From an uncultured Verrucomicrobiae bacterium (GTDB taxonomy: Bacteria > Verrucomicrobiota > Verrucomicrobiia > Chthoniobacterales > UBA10450): a stretch of DNA of 64,000 nt. Positions 9,727 to 19,736 of the stretch are shown piece by piece (positions within the stretch are counted from its first letter, which is position 1; each line of letters opens with the position of its first letter). The translations under genes and the position numbers were made by a program. Under the pieces are notes generated by a model, which saw nothing but the letters and a program-made list of their open reading frames with translations, was not told where the DNA came from and did not search any database. The stretch spans positions 128,001-192,000 of the forward strand of contig CAVSDR010000005.1 in NCBI GenBank assembly GCA_963726745.1. The letters run 5' to 3'.

Positions 9727-11541
9727 ATGGATAAAATAAGAAACATCGCCATTATTGCACACGTCGACCACGGGAAGACCACCTTGGTTGATCAGTTGCT
9801 TCGTCAGTCCGGAACTTTCCGCTCCAACCAAAAAGTCGAGGAACGGATGATGGATTCCATGGATCTCGAGCGCGAGAAGGGGATCACCATTCGCGCCAAG
9901 AACGCCGCCTTCGAGTGGAACGGCTACCGCGTGAACATCGTCGACACACCTGGCCACGCCGACTTCGGCGGCGAAGTCGAGCGCATCATGAAGATGGTCG
10001 ATGGCGTCCTTCTGGTGGTTGATGCGCATGATGGTCCTCAGGCGCAGACGCGTTTCGTCCTCCGGAAGGCGCTCGAAAACAAGGTCAAACCGATCGTGGT
10101 GATCAACAAGATCGACCGCGAGAATGCCCGTCCGCACAAAGTGCTGGATATGGTTTTCGATCTTTTCGTTGAGCTCAAGGCCAACGATGAGCAGCTCGAT
10201 TTTCCGATCGTCTACGCGAGCGCGAAGAACGGCTTCGCCATGCGCGAAATTCACGAAAACAGCGAGGACATGACCGCGCTCTTCGAGACGATTATTCAGC
10301 ACGTCCCTCCGCCCACGATTTCCTCCGAGCCTTACTTGCAGATGCTCGTCTCTAATCTCGATTACAGCGATTATCTCGGCCGGATTGCCTTGGGCCGTAT
10401 CGTCAGTGGCCGCGTGGCTGTAGGCGACTCGATCGTTTGCATTCACCGCGACGGCCGCCGCGAACGCGCCAGCGTGACCGCGCTTTTCACTTTCTCGGGC
10501 ATGGGCCAGGTGGAAACGAAGAACGCCTCCGCCGGCGAGATCGTCGGGCTCACCGGATTCGAAGAAGTTTTCATCGGAGAGACCCTGACCGATCGCGAAG
10601 AGCGCACGCCGCTGCAGTTCGTCGACATCGATCCGCCGACCATCCGGATGCGCATCCTGGTGAACGACTCGCCGTTCGCTGGCCGCGAAGGCAAATACGT
10701 CACTGCCCGCCACGTGCGCGAGCGCCTCATCCGCGAAACCCGCGGCAATGTCTCGCTGCAGGTGAATGACACTGAGGCGGCCGGCGCTTTTGAAATCAAC
10801 GCCCGCGGCGAGATGCAGATCGCCATCCTGGTGGAACAAATGCGCCGCGAAGGCTACGAGGTCATGGTCTCGCGGCCGGAAGTCATCTTCCAACGCGACG
10901 ATCACGGCAACCTCCTCGAGCCCCTCGAGAATCTCTACGTCGAAGTCCCGAGCGACAAATTAGGCGACGTTTTGCAGTCGTTAGCCGGCCGCAAGGCCGA
11001 TGTGCAAAACATGGAGCACCACGCCACCCGCGTCTCTGTGGAAGCGATCATTCCCACCCGCGGCCTTATCGGTTTCGAGAGCGATTTGGTGAACTTGACC
11101 CGCGGCGAAGGCTTGATGAGCCATCTCTTCCGCGAATACGCCCCGTTCAAGGGCGAGATCGAAGGCCGCAACCGTGGCGTGCTTATTTCCATGGAAGCCG
11201 GCGTTAGCACCGCGTACGCGCTCAACAATATTCAGACGCGCGGCAAGCTCTTCATCGGGCCGCAGGAGGAGATCTACTCCGGCATGATCGTGGGCGAGAA
11301 CGCCCGCCCGGATGATCTCCCGGTGAACCCCTGCAAGGCAAAGCATCTCACAAACATGCGCAGTCAGGGCGACGGCAAAGGCATTCAATTGGAAGCTCCG
11401 CTGAAGATGTCGCTTGAGCGCGCGATCGAGTACATCAGCTCCGACGAATACGTCGAGGTCACGCCGAAATCGCTCCGCCTGCGCAAGCGCCTCCTGGATG
11501 CCACTGCGCGCAAGCGCGCCAGCAACGCTGTCGCCGCGTAA
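9727..11541 (+). CDS. typA: Translational GTPase TypA/BipA
   Basis: [43 protein letters not shown]-terminal [15 protein letters not shown]. Confidence 0.97.
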   Translation: MDKIRNIAIIAHVDHGKTTLVDQLLRQSGTFRSNQKVEERMMDSMDLEREKGITIRAKNAAFEWNGYRVNIVDTPGHADFGGEVERIMKMVDGVLLVVDAHDGPQAQTRFVLRKALENKVKPIVVINKIDRENARPHKVLDMVFDLFVELKANDEQLDFPIVYASAKNGFAMREIHENSEDMTALFETIIQHVPPPTISSEPYLQMLVSNLDYSDYLGRIALGRIVSGRVAVGDSIVCIHRDGRRERASVTALFTFSGMGQVETKNASAGEIVGLTGFEEVFIGETLTDREERTPLQFVDIDPPTIRMRILVNDSPFAGREGKYVTARHVRERLIRETRGNVSLQVNDTEAAGAFEINARGEMQIAILVEQMRREGYEVMVSRPEVIFQRDDHGNLLEPLENLYVEVPSDKLGDVLQSLAGRKADVQNMEHHATRVSVEAIIPTRGLIGFESDLVNLTRGEGLMSHLFREYAPFKGEIEGRNRGVLISMEAGVSTAYALNNIQTRGKLFIGPQEEIYSGMIVGENARPDDLPVNPCKAKHLTNMRSQGDGKGIQLEAPLKMSLERAIEYISSDEYVEVTPKSLRLRKRLLDATARKRASNAVAA

Positions 11542-11807
11542 TTTAGCCAGCAACTTGGTTCGTTAGGCGTCACTTGTTGCCGCCGGGGCGCCGAGCGACC
11601 ATGCGCAAACGGCACGACGCACTTAGCGTCGTGGCTCCAGCTGTTTGTCTCTCCCCCGCCAGCGGCGTTGACAGGCGCGGGCGCTTGCGTTTGAATTTTC
11701 CCGTTCGTCTGCCGCTGCGAGAGCCATTCTCTCCCGCAGTTTTCGCTTCCGATTCTCCCCCGGGTGCAAGCTGGCGCGACTGACACCGTTTAAACGACAC
11801 GTTCGAC

Positions 11808-12563
11808 ATGGCAGGACACAGCAAGTGGTCCAAGGTAAAGCGCAGCAAAGGGGCCTTGGACGTGAAACGCGGCGCGCTCTTTAGCAAGCTGGCGAAGGAA
11901 ATCTCCATCGCCGCGCGCATGGGCGGCGGCGATCCTGCCGCCAATGTCCGCCTCCGCAGCGCCATTCTCTCGGCCCGCGCGCAGAGTATGCCGAACGACA
12001 ACATCGAGCGCGCGATCCGCCGTGGCACGGGCGAAGGCGAAGCCGCGGTGCACTACGACGAATTGGTCTACGAAGGCTATGCGCCCGGCGGTGTGGCTGT
12101 GCTCGTGGAAGCGGCGACCGATAACAAGAACCGCACGGCCGCGGACCTGCGCCTCATTTTTAGCAAAAATGAAGGCAACCTCGGCACCAGCGGCAGCGTT
12201 TCCTACATGTTCCACAAAAAAGGGCGCATCAGCGTGCCGCGAGCGGCCATTGCAGAGGAGCAGCTGTTCGAGCTGGCCCTGGAAGCCGGGGCGGAAGAGT
12301 TGACAACCGAAGAGGAGGCGTATGTTATCACCACTTCACCCGATCAGCTCTACGCTGTAGCTGAGGCGCTCCGACACGCGGGCGTCGCCATGGAAGGGCA
12401 GAAGTTTACTTTCATTCCCGATACGACAGTTCCTGTCGTCGACGAGGCCACCGCCCTCCAGGTATTGCGGTTGTGCGAAAGCCTCGAAGACGACGATGAC
12501 GTTCAGAACGTCTATTCCAATTTAGATATTTCCGACGAGTTGCTGGCGCGGTTGCCGGCTTAA
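11808..12563 (+). CDS. yebC: YebC/PmpR family protein
   Basis: MAGHSKWSKVK, YEGYAPGGVAVLVE, TDNKNRT, DDDDVQNVYSN. Confidence 0.95.
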   Translation: MAGHSKWSKVKRSKGALDVKRGALFSKLAKEISIAARMGGGDPAANVRLRSAILSARAQSMPNDNIERAIRRGTGEGEAAVHYDELVYEGYAPGGVAVLVEAATDNKNRTAADLRLIFSKNEGNLGTSGSVSYMFHKKGRISVPRAAIAEEQLFELALEAGAEELTTEEEAYVITTSPDQLYAVAEALRHAGVAMEGQKFTFIPDTTVPVVDEATALQVLRLCESLEDDDDVQNVYSNLDISDELLARLPA

Positions 12564-12632
12564 GAATTTCAGGACGCTGAGTCCGGATTTGCCCGACGTG
12601 TGTCGCGCGCCCGCCCCTCGGCCTGTTTGCAT

Positions 12633-14149
12633 ATGAACGAAGAATCACAGAATCAGTCCGAGGGCGCGAACCAAGTCCGCGCCGGCCCGTCGCCGCCGGC
12701 CTTCCCGCCGCGGCGCGCGTCCCCGCCGTGTCGCTGGCAATGCCGAGCGTCCTTCCGAAAACGTCGATGAACGCCGCGCCGCCGAGATGACCGCCGACCG
12801 CACCCGCGAGCAGCGCGAGCAGCGCGAGGGCGGGAGCCACGATTCTTCCGAGCCCGCGAATCGCGAAGGCGAAGGGCAAAGCTCCGCGCCTCCGCAGGGC
12901 GACCGCGAATTCCGCGAGCGCGACCGTGGCGGCGAGCGAAGCGATCACGAGGACCGTGATCGTCCGCGGGACCGAGAGCGCGATCGCTCCGAGCAACCGC
13001 ACGGCGGTGGCCAGGGGAACAACAACGGCCAGGACCTGCAGCGCGAGCCGGAGTTTGGCGAAGGCATCATCGAGATTTCCGGGAAAGGCTTTGGCTTCCT
13101 GCGCGACCCCAAGCGCAACTTCGTCCAGACGCCGCAGGACATTTTCGTCACACCGGAGATAGTGCGCCGTTTTAACCTGCGCGACGGCATGTGGGTCCAG
13201 GGTGAGACGCGCCGCGGCAATCGCGGGCCGCAGCTCATGCGCCTGAACAAGATCAACGACGACGAGCCGACGAAGTATCAGGAACTTCGCCCGTTCGAGG
13301 AGCTGACCACGATCAATCCGAACAAGCGGATCAAGCTCGAGACCGTGCCCGACCGCTTCACTACGCGCATCATGGACTTGATGACGCCGCTCGGCATGGG
13401 CCAGCGCGGGATCATTGTCGCCCCGCCGCGCACCGGCAAGACCACCCTCCTGCATCACATCGCCGATGCCGTGACCAAAAACCATCCGGAGATGAAATTG
13501 ATCATCTTGCTGGTTGATGAACGTCCCGAGGAAGTGACCGATTTCCGCCGCTCGTGCCCAGGCGCCGAGATCATGGCCAGCTCGAACGACAGCGACATCA
13601 AAAGCCACACGCGCATCGCCCAGCTCGCGATCGAGCGCGCCAAGCGCATGGTCGAGGCCGGCAAACACGTCTTCATTCTGCTCGATTCCATCACCCGCAC
13701 CGCGCGCGCGTTTAACAACGCCACCGGCGGCGGCGGTCGCACCATGAGCGGCGGCATCGACGCCCGCGCGATGGAAATCCCGCGAAAGATTTTCGCCGCC
13801 GCCCGCAATACCGAAGAAGCGGGTTCACTCACGATTGTCGCGACTGCGCTTGATCGAAACCGGCAGCCGCATGGACGAGCTCATTTTCCAAGAGTTCAAA
13901 GGCACCGGGAACATGGAGCTGGTGCTCGATCGCAAGATCAGCGATCAGCGCATTTACCCGGCAGTCGATATTTTCCTCTCCGGCACCCGTCGCGAAGAGC
14001 TGCTCCTGGAAGCCTGGGAGCTGGAGAAGATCAACCTGATTCGCCGCGGCCTCGCCGGTCACAAACCGGAGGAAGCAATCCAGCGCCTGCTCATGTTCGT
14101 GAAGAAATTCCCCACGAATACGCAGATGCTGAAAGAGATCCCGGGTTAA
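12633..14149 (+). CDS. rho: Transcription termination factor Rho (apparent frameshifts near 12670 and 13852)
   Basis: GFGFLR, PLGMGQRGIIVAPPRTGKT, LLVDERPEEVTD, LLDSITR in ORF 12787; ETGSRMDELIFQEFKGTGNMEL continues in ORF 13835..14149; likely ATG at 12633 is in a different frame. Confidence 0.93.
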
Positions 14150-14154
14150 CCACC

Positions 14155-14682
14155 GTGCCGCGAAGAACTGGCGCGGAGGAAGTGGAGTGGGAGATCCTGC
14201 CTCCGGAAGAAAAAGGCCAGCGCGCCCGGGTGGAGCCGCTCTTCCGCTGGATCGCGTTCTTCATGGATGACTTCCTGCGCCTGCCCGGCACGAAGTTTCG
14301 CTTCGGTCTCGATCCGCTGATCGGCCTGATTCCTGGAATTGGCGACACCGGCTCCGCGCTCGTAAGCGCGTTCGCCCTTATTCAAGCCGTGCGCACTGGC
14401 ATCCCGAAGATCGTCCTCGCGCGCATGTCGATGAACATCCTGCTGAACGAAGTTATTGGGATCGTCCCCGTTTTAGGCGACGCCTTCTCTTTCTGGTTCA
14501 AGTCGAACGCGCGCAACCATGCGCTCCTGCAACAACACCTGCAGGCCCCGCGAAAGGCGCAGGCGAGCGATTGGTTTTTCGTCTTCGGTATTCTCCTCGC
14601 GTTGGTGGTCGTTGTCGGCGCCGGCCTTTTCGTCAGCCTGTGGCTCATCCAACAATTCCTGCGGCTCCTGACCGCTCGTTAG
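14155..14682 (+). CDS. DUF4112-like membrane protein
   Basis: MDDFLRLPGTKFRFGLDPLIGLIPGIGD...GIVPVLGDAFSFWFKSNARN; GTG at 14155; fused to rho in the ORF track only because of the frameshift. Confidence 0.8.
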   Translation: MPRRTGAEEVEWEILPPEEKGQRARVEPLFRWIAFFMDDFLRLPGTKFRFGLDPLIGLIPGIGDTGSALVSAFALIQAVRTGIPKIVLARMSMNILLNEVIGIVPVLGDAFSFWFKSNARNHALLQQHLQAPRKAQASDWFFVFGILLALVVVVGAGLFVSLWLIQQFLRLLTAR

Positions 14683-14701
14683 CCGTCACCTCCGCGGCTC
14701 T

Positions 14702-17419
14702 TCAGCTGCTTCGCGCCAATTGCCGCACGTAAAAGGCGTGGATGATTTCACGGGCGGCGCGGTATTCCTGGCCGAAAGCGTCGAGGCTCTTCTTTCCCAG
14801 GCGTCGGGCCAGGCGGCCTTGGGCCTCCTCGTCGGGCGGAAGTGTGGCGACGCTTTTGTGTTCCCAGCGACGGAGAACCGACTCGCAACGGCGGAGGAAA
14901 TCGTAGCTCCGCTGGAACATTTCCGCTTGATCGCGCGGGATCAGTTCGCCGTCGCGCAGACCGCGCACCGCCTCGGTGAAGCTGGGACTCCAGAGGCTGG
15001 CGCGCATCTGTAGCGCCTGGACGATGAACTCTGCTTCCACCATTCCGCCGAGCCCCGTCTTGTAGTCTAAAATTTCCGAGCCGCTGCCGCGATCGCGCCG
15101 CACGCGCTCGCGCATGGCCTCGATTTGCTCGAGCAAGTCGCTCCGCTGCCCGGTGGTGCGCCAGAGCTCCTTGGCCATGGCGATGAACTCCTCGCCGCGC
15201 GGCCCGCAGATCGCACGCGCGCGCGTGAGCGCCTGGATTTCCCACAGCTGCGCGCGCGTGCGGTAGTAGGTTTCGCAGGTGCCTAACGAGCACACGATCG
15301 GGCCTTTCTCGCCGTCCGGCCGGAGCCGGGCATCGAGCGCGTAGATCGAACCTTCCGCCGTCAGCTTGCCCATCTCGACGATTAATTCCTGCGTCGCCTT
15401 GGTATCGTTGCCGATGAAAAGGACGTCTAAATCCGCGCCGTAGCTCAGCTCCGCACCGCCAAATTTACCCAGCGCGATCACCGTGAGGTCGCCTTCCCTA
15501 ACGAGGAGTCGGTGCACGTAGCGCAGGCAGGCCTCGGCGAGCGCGGAGTGTTCCGCCTCGAGGTCGCGCACTTCGAGCAGACCGAGGATGTCGCGCACGG
15601 TGATGCGCAGCAATTGCGCCTGCCGGTAGATGCGCACGCCGTCCACGTTGCCGGCGGTTTCTAATGCGACCAGGTGGCGCGCGACGGTGCGGTTCGCATC
15701 GAGCACGCCAGGCCGGGTCACTTCCTCGAGCAGTTGCGGCCGGCGAATCAAAAGATCGGTCGCGAAGCGGCTGGCATCGATCGTCTTCACCAGCAGCTCG
15801 AGCAGGCGCGGGTTGGCCACGAGCAACTCAAACAGCAAGCTGCGCATGCCATACGCCTGCACGAACCGGAGGAATTGCGTGAGCGTGGCGTCTGGATCAG
15901 CCGCCTGCTCGAGCCACGCAAGCAGGGGCGTGCGCAGCTTCCGAAAAATCTGCCGGGTGCGCGGCGCCACGTGAAAGCTCCCGCGGCCTTGAGTCAATTC
16001 CTCGAAGGCCTTGGTAGCCGCGGCCTGGTCGCGAAAAACCTCGAGCCGCAAGGCGCTCTCCTGGTCGCGCGGACGGTGCGCAATCACGCGCACGAAAATC
16101 TCGCGCACGCGTTGCGTGTGGACCTGCAAGGCCTGGCCGAAAGCCGCCGCGTTCTCGAACCCGAGACTGCGCGCCAGCCGCAAGCGGGCTTCGCCTTCCT
16201 CGGGGACGGTGTGGGTTTGCTGCTCGGCCTCGATCTGCAGGCGATGCTCGACCCGGCGGAGAAAACGGTAAGCCTGGTCGAGATCGTGCGCTTCGCCACG
16301 CGGGAGCAATTCCAGCTCCGCCAGGCCAGGCAGCACTTTGAGCGTGCTTGTTTCCTGGAGGAAAGCGTTGCGCGCGCCGTGCAGGAGTTGCAGCGCCTGG
16401 ACGACGAACTCGATCTCGCGGATGCCGCCGGTGCCGAGCTTCACGTTTCGCCCGAGTTTGTCGTGCCCGACAATATCGCGCTCAATCCGGCGCTTGATCG
16501 CGGCGATCTCGTCGAGCAGCTCCGGCGTGGCGCTGCGTGGATAGACGAACGGCTGGTGCTCGCGCAGGAACTCGTAGGCTAATTCCTCGTCCCCGGCGAT
16601 CCCGCGGGCCTTGATCAAGGCAAGGCGCTCCCAGGTTTCGCCAAAGCCGGCGTAGTAATTCTCCAGGCTCTCGAGCGAGCGGGCGAGCGGACCCGCGGAA
16701 CCTTCCGGGCGCAGCCGCAGGTCCATGCGGAAGAGCGGACCGGCGGGCGAGTTGGCGGAGAAGGTCTCGAAAATCTTCGTGGCCAAACGCGAAAACCATT
16801 GGTGATAGCTGAGCGTGGGCGTGACCTGGCCTTCTTCGCTGTAGAGGAAAATGACGTCGATGTCGGAGCTATGATTAAGCTCGCGTCCGCCGAGTTTGCC
16901 CAGGCCGAGGACGGCAAATTGCGCCTTGGGCGAGCCCAACCGCGCACGCAATTCCGTGTCCCAATGCCGCAGCACTTCGGCCACACAAATCTCCGCGAGC
17001 TGCGAAAGCTCGCCGGTGGTTTCCTCCAGCGGCGCCGCGCCCGCGACTTCGCGCAGGGAAATGCGGAGCATCTCGCGCCCTTTCCAGAGGCGGAGCTCGC
17101 GGAAGTTATCCGCACCTAACGACACTTCGCCGCGCGGGAGATCGGCGCGCATCAGCCGGCGCGGTCGGGGCGCGGCGCAAACTTCGCTCAACCAGAGGAG
17201 CCAGGCCGGCTGCCTAACGAGTCGATTGGCGCAAACGCTGGAAACGGCCAGGAGATGGAGGAAAGCCTCGAGCCCGAGCGGGAAGTCCTCGAGCAACGGC
17301 TGGAGCGCGGGCGCGTCCGCGGGCCAGACTTCGTCGAGCCGGGTAAGGGCGCGCGCGACCTGGCCCGGCTGCAAAGTGCTGGCTGATTTTTCCCGAATCC
17401 AGACTGCGTCGAGGCCCAT
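14702..17419 (-). CDS. glnE: Glutamine synthetase adenylyltransferase
   Basis: Two nucleotidyltransferase domains GKLGGRELNHSSDIDVIF and GKFGGAELSYGADLDVLF; DLRLRPEG; NVKLGTGGIREIEF; start chosen at ATG 17419. Confidence 0.93.
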   Translation of the reverse strand: MGLDAVWIREKSASTLQPGQVARALTRLDEVWPADAPALQPLLEDFPLGLEAFLHLLAVSSVCANRLVRQPAWLLWLSEVCAAPRPRRLMRADLPRGEVSLGADNFRELRLWKGREMLRISLREVAGAAPLEETTGELSQLAEICVAEVLRHWDTELRARLGSPKAQFAVLGLGKLGGRELNHSSDIDVIFLYSEEGQVTPTLSYHQWFSRLATKIFETFSANSPAGPLFRMDLRLRPEGSAGPLARSLESLENYYAGFGETWERLALIKARGIAGDEELAYEFLREHQPFVYPRSATPELLDEIAAIKRRIERDIVGHDKLGRNVKLGTGGIREIEFVVQALQLLHGARNAFLQETSTLKVLPGLAELELLPRGEAHDLDQAYRFLRRVEHRLQIEAEQQTHTVPEEGEARLRLARSLGFENAAAFGQALQVHTQRVREIFVRVIAHRPRDQESALRLEVFRDQAAATKAFEELTQGRGSFHVAPRTRQIFRKLRTPLLAWLEQAADPDATLTQFLRFVQAYGMRSLLFELLVANPRLLELLVKTIDASRFATDLLIRRPQLLEEVTRPGVLDANRTVARHLVALETAGNVDGVRIYRQAQLLRITVRDILGLLEVRDLEAEHSALAEACLRYVHRLLVREGDLTVIALGKFGGAELSYGADLDVLFIGNDTKATQELIVEMGKLTAEGSIYALDARLRPDGEKGPIVCSLGTCETYYRTRAQLWEIQALTRARAICGPRGEEFIAMAKELWRTTGQRSDLLEQIEAMRERVRRDRGSGSEILDYKTGLGGMVEAEFIVQALQMRASLWSPSFTEAVRGLRDGELIPRDQAEMFQRSYDFLRRCESVLRRWEHKSVATLPPDEEAQGRLARRLGKKSLDAFGQEYRAAREIIHAFYVRQLARSS

Positions 17420-17450
17420 GCTGGCTAGATGGGCAGGGAGGCCGGCGGTT

Positions 17451-18281
17451 TCAGGATTGCGCGACGAGTTTTTCGCGCGCCTGCAGAAGGATGCGGCGTT
17501 CGCTGCGGGTGAGGCTCCCGAGCCCCTGGCGCGCGATCTTGTCGAGCAGTGGGTCGACTTCCGCGGAGATAAATTGCTCCGCATCCATCTGGCGCAGGCG
17601 CTCGTTTTTTTGCCGGCGCCGATGGAGCGCGCGCTGGAGCGGCGAGGGCCGGCCGAAGCCGAGCAGGTGCGCATAACAAAAACCGGCCGCGGCGCCGCCG
17701 AGGATCGCGCTGTGGAGCACGGTCGCGCTCCGGTCCACGAAGACCAGCGCAACGCCGAGCGCAGTCACGGCGTAGGCGAGATATTTCGCCTTCAGGCGCA
17801 CTGGGAAGACGAGGAAAACCAGCGCGGTGATTTCCAACTCCGGCAAGATGGTGGCGTAGGCCAGGACGACGGCGACCACTCCGCCCGAGGCCGCGAAGAG
17901 GACGGAGGAAGCGGGCATGAGCGCGAGATGCCCGAGTTCCCCGAGGAAGCCGCCGGCGAGGTAAAGAAAAAGAAAATGCCGCTGCCCGAGGATCGATTCC
18001 ACGTCGCGGCCGAGGAGGTAAAGCACCACCATGTTGCCGGCTAAATGCCACGGCCCGGCGTGAACGAAGGGGGCGGCAAAAAATTGCCAGGCGTAGGCGC
18101 TCTCCAGGCCGGCTTCGCTGAAGCCGAGGAACTCGCGGACGAAGCCGGGCTCGTAGGCGTCGAGGATCAGTTGCGCCCCGTAGACCGCGACGTTCAAGCC
18201 AATGATCGTGAGCAGGACGAGGCGCTGACGCTGGGTCCACGGCCGGGCGATGGACGACGATTTCCGGCCGGAAAGGCGCAT
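17451..18281 (-). CDS. Rhomboid family intramembrane serine protease with C-terminal DUF6576-like tail
   Basis: HAGPWHLAGNM, AASGG, HSAILGG; tail VDPLLDKIARQGLGSLTRSERRIL. Confidence 0.8.
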   Translation of the reverse strand: MRLSGRKSSSIARPWTQRQRLVLLTIIGLNVAVYGAQLILDAYEPGFVREFLGFSEAGLESAYAWQFFAAPFVHAGPWHLAGNMVVLYLLGRDVESILGQRHFLFLYLAGGFLGELGHLALMPASSVLFAASGGVVAVVLAYATILPELEITALVFLVFPVRLKAKYLAYAVTALGVALVFVDRSATVLHSAILGGAAAGFCYAHLLGFGRPSPLQRALHRRRQKNERLRQMDAEQFISAEVDPLLDKIARQGLGSLTRSERRILLQAREKLVAQS

Positions 18282-18356
18282 GAGGCCGAGATTATCGCAA
18301 CGCCCCGGGATTGTCACTGGATGAAACGTGCGGCCGCGTCGCGGGCGAGAAATCCG

Positions 18357-19634
18357 CTAGGGCGCCGGGGCGTTCTTGAGGATTTTCAAGGCGCGTAAGA
18401 GGCCTTCGCTCACCAGTTCGTAGAGCGGGAAATCGACGAAGAGGATGAGGTATTGGCGGTATTCCATTGCGCAGAGGAAGGCGACCGCGCCGCCGAGAAT
18501 CCAGGCGCGTTGCCGGGTTACCGGCTGGATCACTTGCACCAAAAGGCCGAAGGCGAGGAGGCGCAGCGGCAGCTCCCACATGGTCGCGTAGCGCAGGTTC
18601 ATCCCGTATTTCAGGTTGCACATCACGAGGTAACTCGCGCCGATGAAGACCGCGACGAAGAGCTCCGGCTTCATCGCGCGGTTGAGCCGGAAAAGCGCGC
18701 CGATAGCCAGCAACATGACGATCGGACTCACGAGGGTGAGATCGACGATGTAGCGGTGCCATGGGCCATCGCCGGTCACGATTGCGTAGACCAGGTGATA
18801 ATTTTTGCTCACCGAGAGCTGGTAAGTCGTGAGCAAGGTCTCGACCCCACCGGCGAGGAAGAGCAATCCCACCACGCCCAGCAGTGGGCCGACGACCAGG
18901 CAGCCGAGCAGCTCGCGCGTGACCGTGCCCCACTCGAGCCAGCGATTGAGCACGATGATGGCGCCGAAGGCGATGAAGACGAAGGCGGCGTTCTCCTTCG
19001 TCAACACCATGCAGGCGAGGGCGAGCGCGAACGGCAGGAGCCAGCGCCAATCGCGCGGCGCCCGCAGGTTCTCCCAGAGCAGCCAGAGATTGAGGATCGC
19101 CCAAAAGGCGAAGAAGCCGTCGACCAGCGCATGCTGCGACATGTGAAGCTGCGTGGGCGCGAAGGCGATCAGCGCGCCCACGGCCAGCGCGGTCAGCGGA
19201 CCTTTTAAGCGCCAGGCAAAGAGCGTGCTCAGGAGCAGCAGGAGCACGCTAAAGAAGGAAGCTACATCGTGCAGTGCCTGCAGCACCTCGGTGCCGAAGA
19301 GCTGGTGCCAGCTGTAGGCCGCGAAGATGTAGAGAAAACGCATCGGCGGGAGGATGGAGCCAGTGAGCGTTTTCTGAACTTCGATGTAGCGATCGACGAT
19401 GCTGGAGTAGTTCGTGAGCCCCACGCGCACGAGGCTGTTCACGTAGCCTCGATAGAGGCTTTCATCGAAGCCTACGCCGTCGAAGGCGGGATTCGGGTGC
19501 ACCGCCGCGAGTGCGTGGAGCGCGCCCTCTTTCTCGAAGAGCGCCGCCGGGAGCCGCAGGAAAATGCCGGTCGCGAGGACGAGCGCGAGCGCGACGAAGA
19601 AGAGGCGGCGATGTCGGGCAGGCGGCGGCAGCAT
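18357..19634 (-). CDS. ArnT/PMT-like (GT-C) membrane glycosyltransferase
   Basis: Multi-TM; early FDE acidic motif; HMSQHALVDG; LTKENA motif. Confidence 0.65.
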   Translation of the reverse strand: MLPPPARHRRLFFVALALVLATGIFLRLPAALFEKEGALHALAAVHPNPAFDGVGFDESLYRGYVNSLVRVGLTNYSSIVDRYIEVQKTLTGSILPPMRFLYIFAAYSWHQLFGTEVLQALHDVASFFSVLLLLLSTLFAWRLKGPLTALAVGALIAFAPTQLHMSQHALVDGFFAFWAILNLWLLWENLRAPRDWRWLLPFALALACMVLTKENAAFVFIAFGAIIVLNRWLEWGTVTRELLGCLVVGPLLGVVGLLFLAGGVETLLTTYQLSVSKNYHLVYAIVTGDGPWHRYIVDLTLVSPIVMLLAIGALFRLNRAMKPELFVAVFIGASYLVMCNLKYGMNLRYATMWELPLRLLAFGLLVQVIQPVTRQRAWILGGAVAFLCAMEYRQYLILFVDFPLYELVSEGLLRALKILKNAPAP

Positions 19635-19736
19635 GTGGGCAAGAATCTAGCAATTTGCGTGAAAGACAATGCGCCTTCCGAGGCCGGCGCACAGCCAGGC
19701 GGCGAGGAACACATCCTGCTTGGAAAAGAGTCGCCG

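Noticed and set aside
11542..11807. typA-yebC intergenic region as a possible ncRNA
   Set aside because: Only a short hairpin (cacgacgc/gcgtcgtg) and a TTGACA box are visible; no recognisable RNA family.
12787..14682. 631 aa Rho-DUF4112 fusion in the ORF track
   Set aside because: Artefact of the frameshift near 13852; the Rho C-terminus is in another frame ending at 14149.
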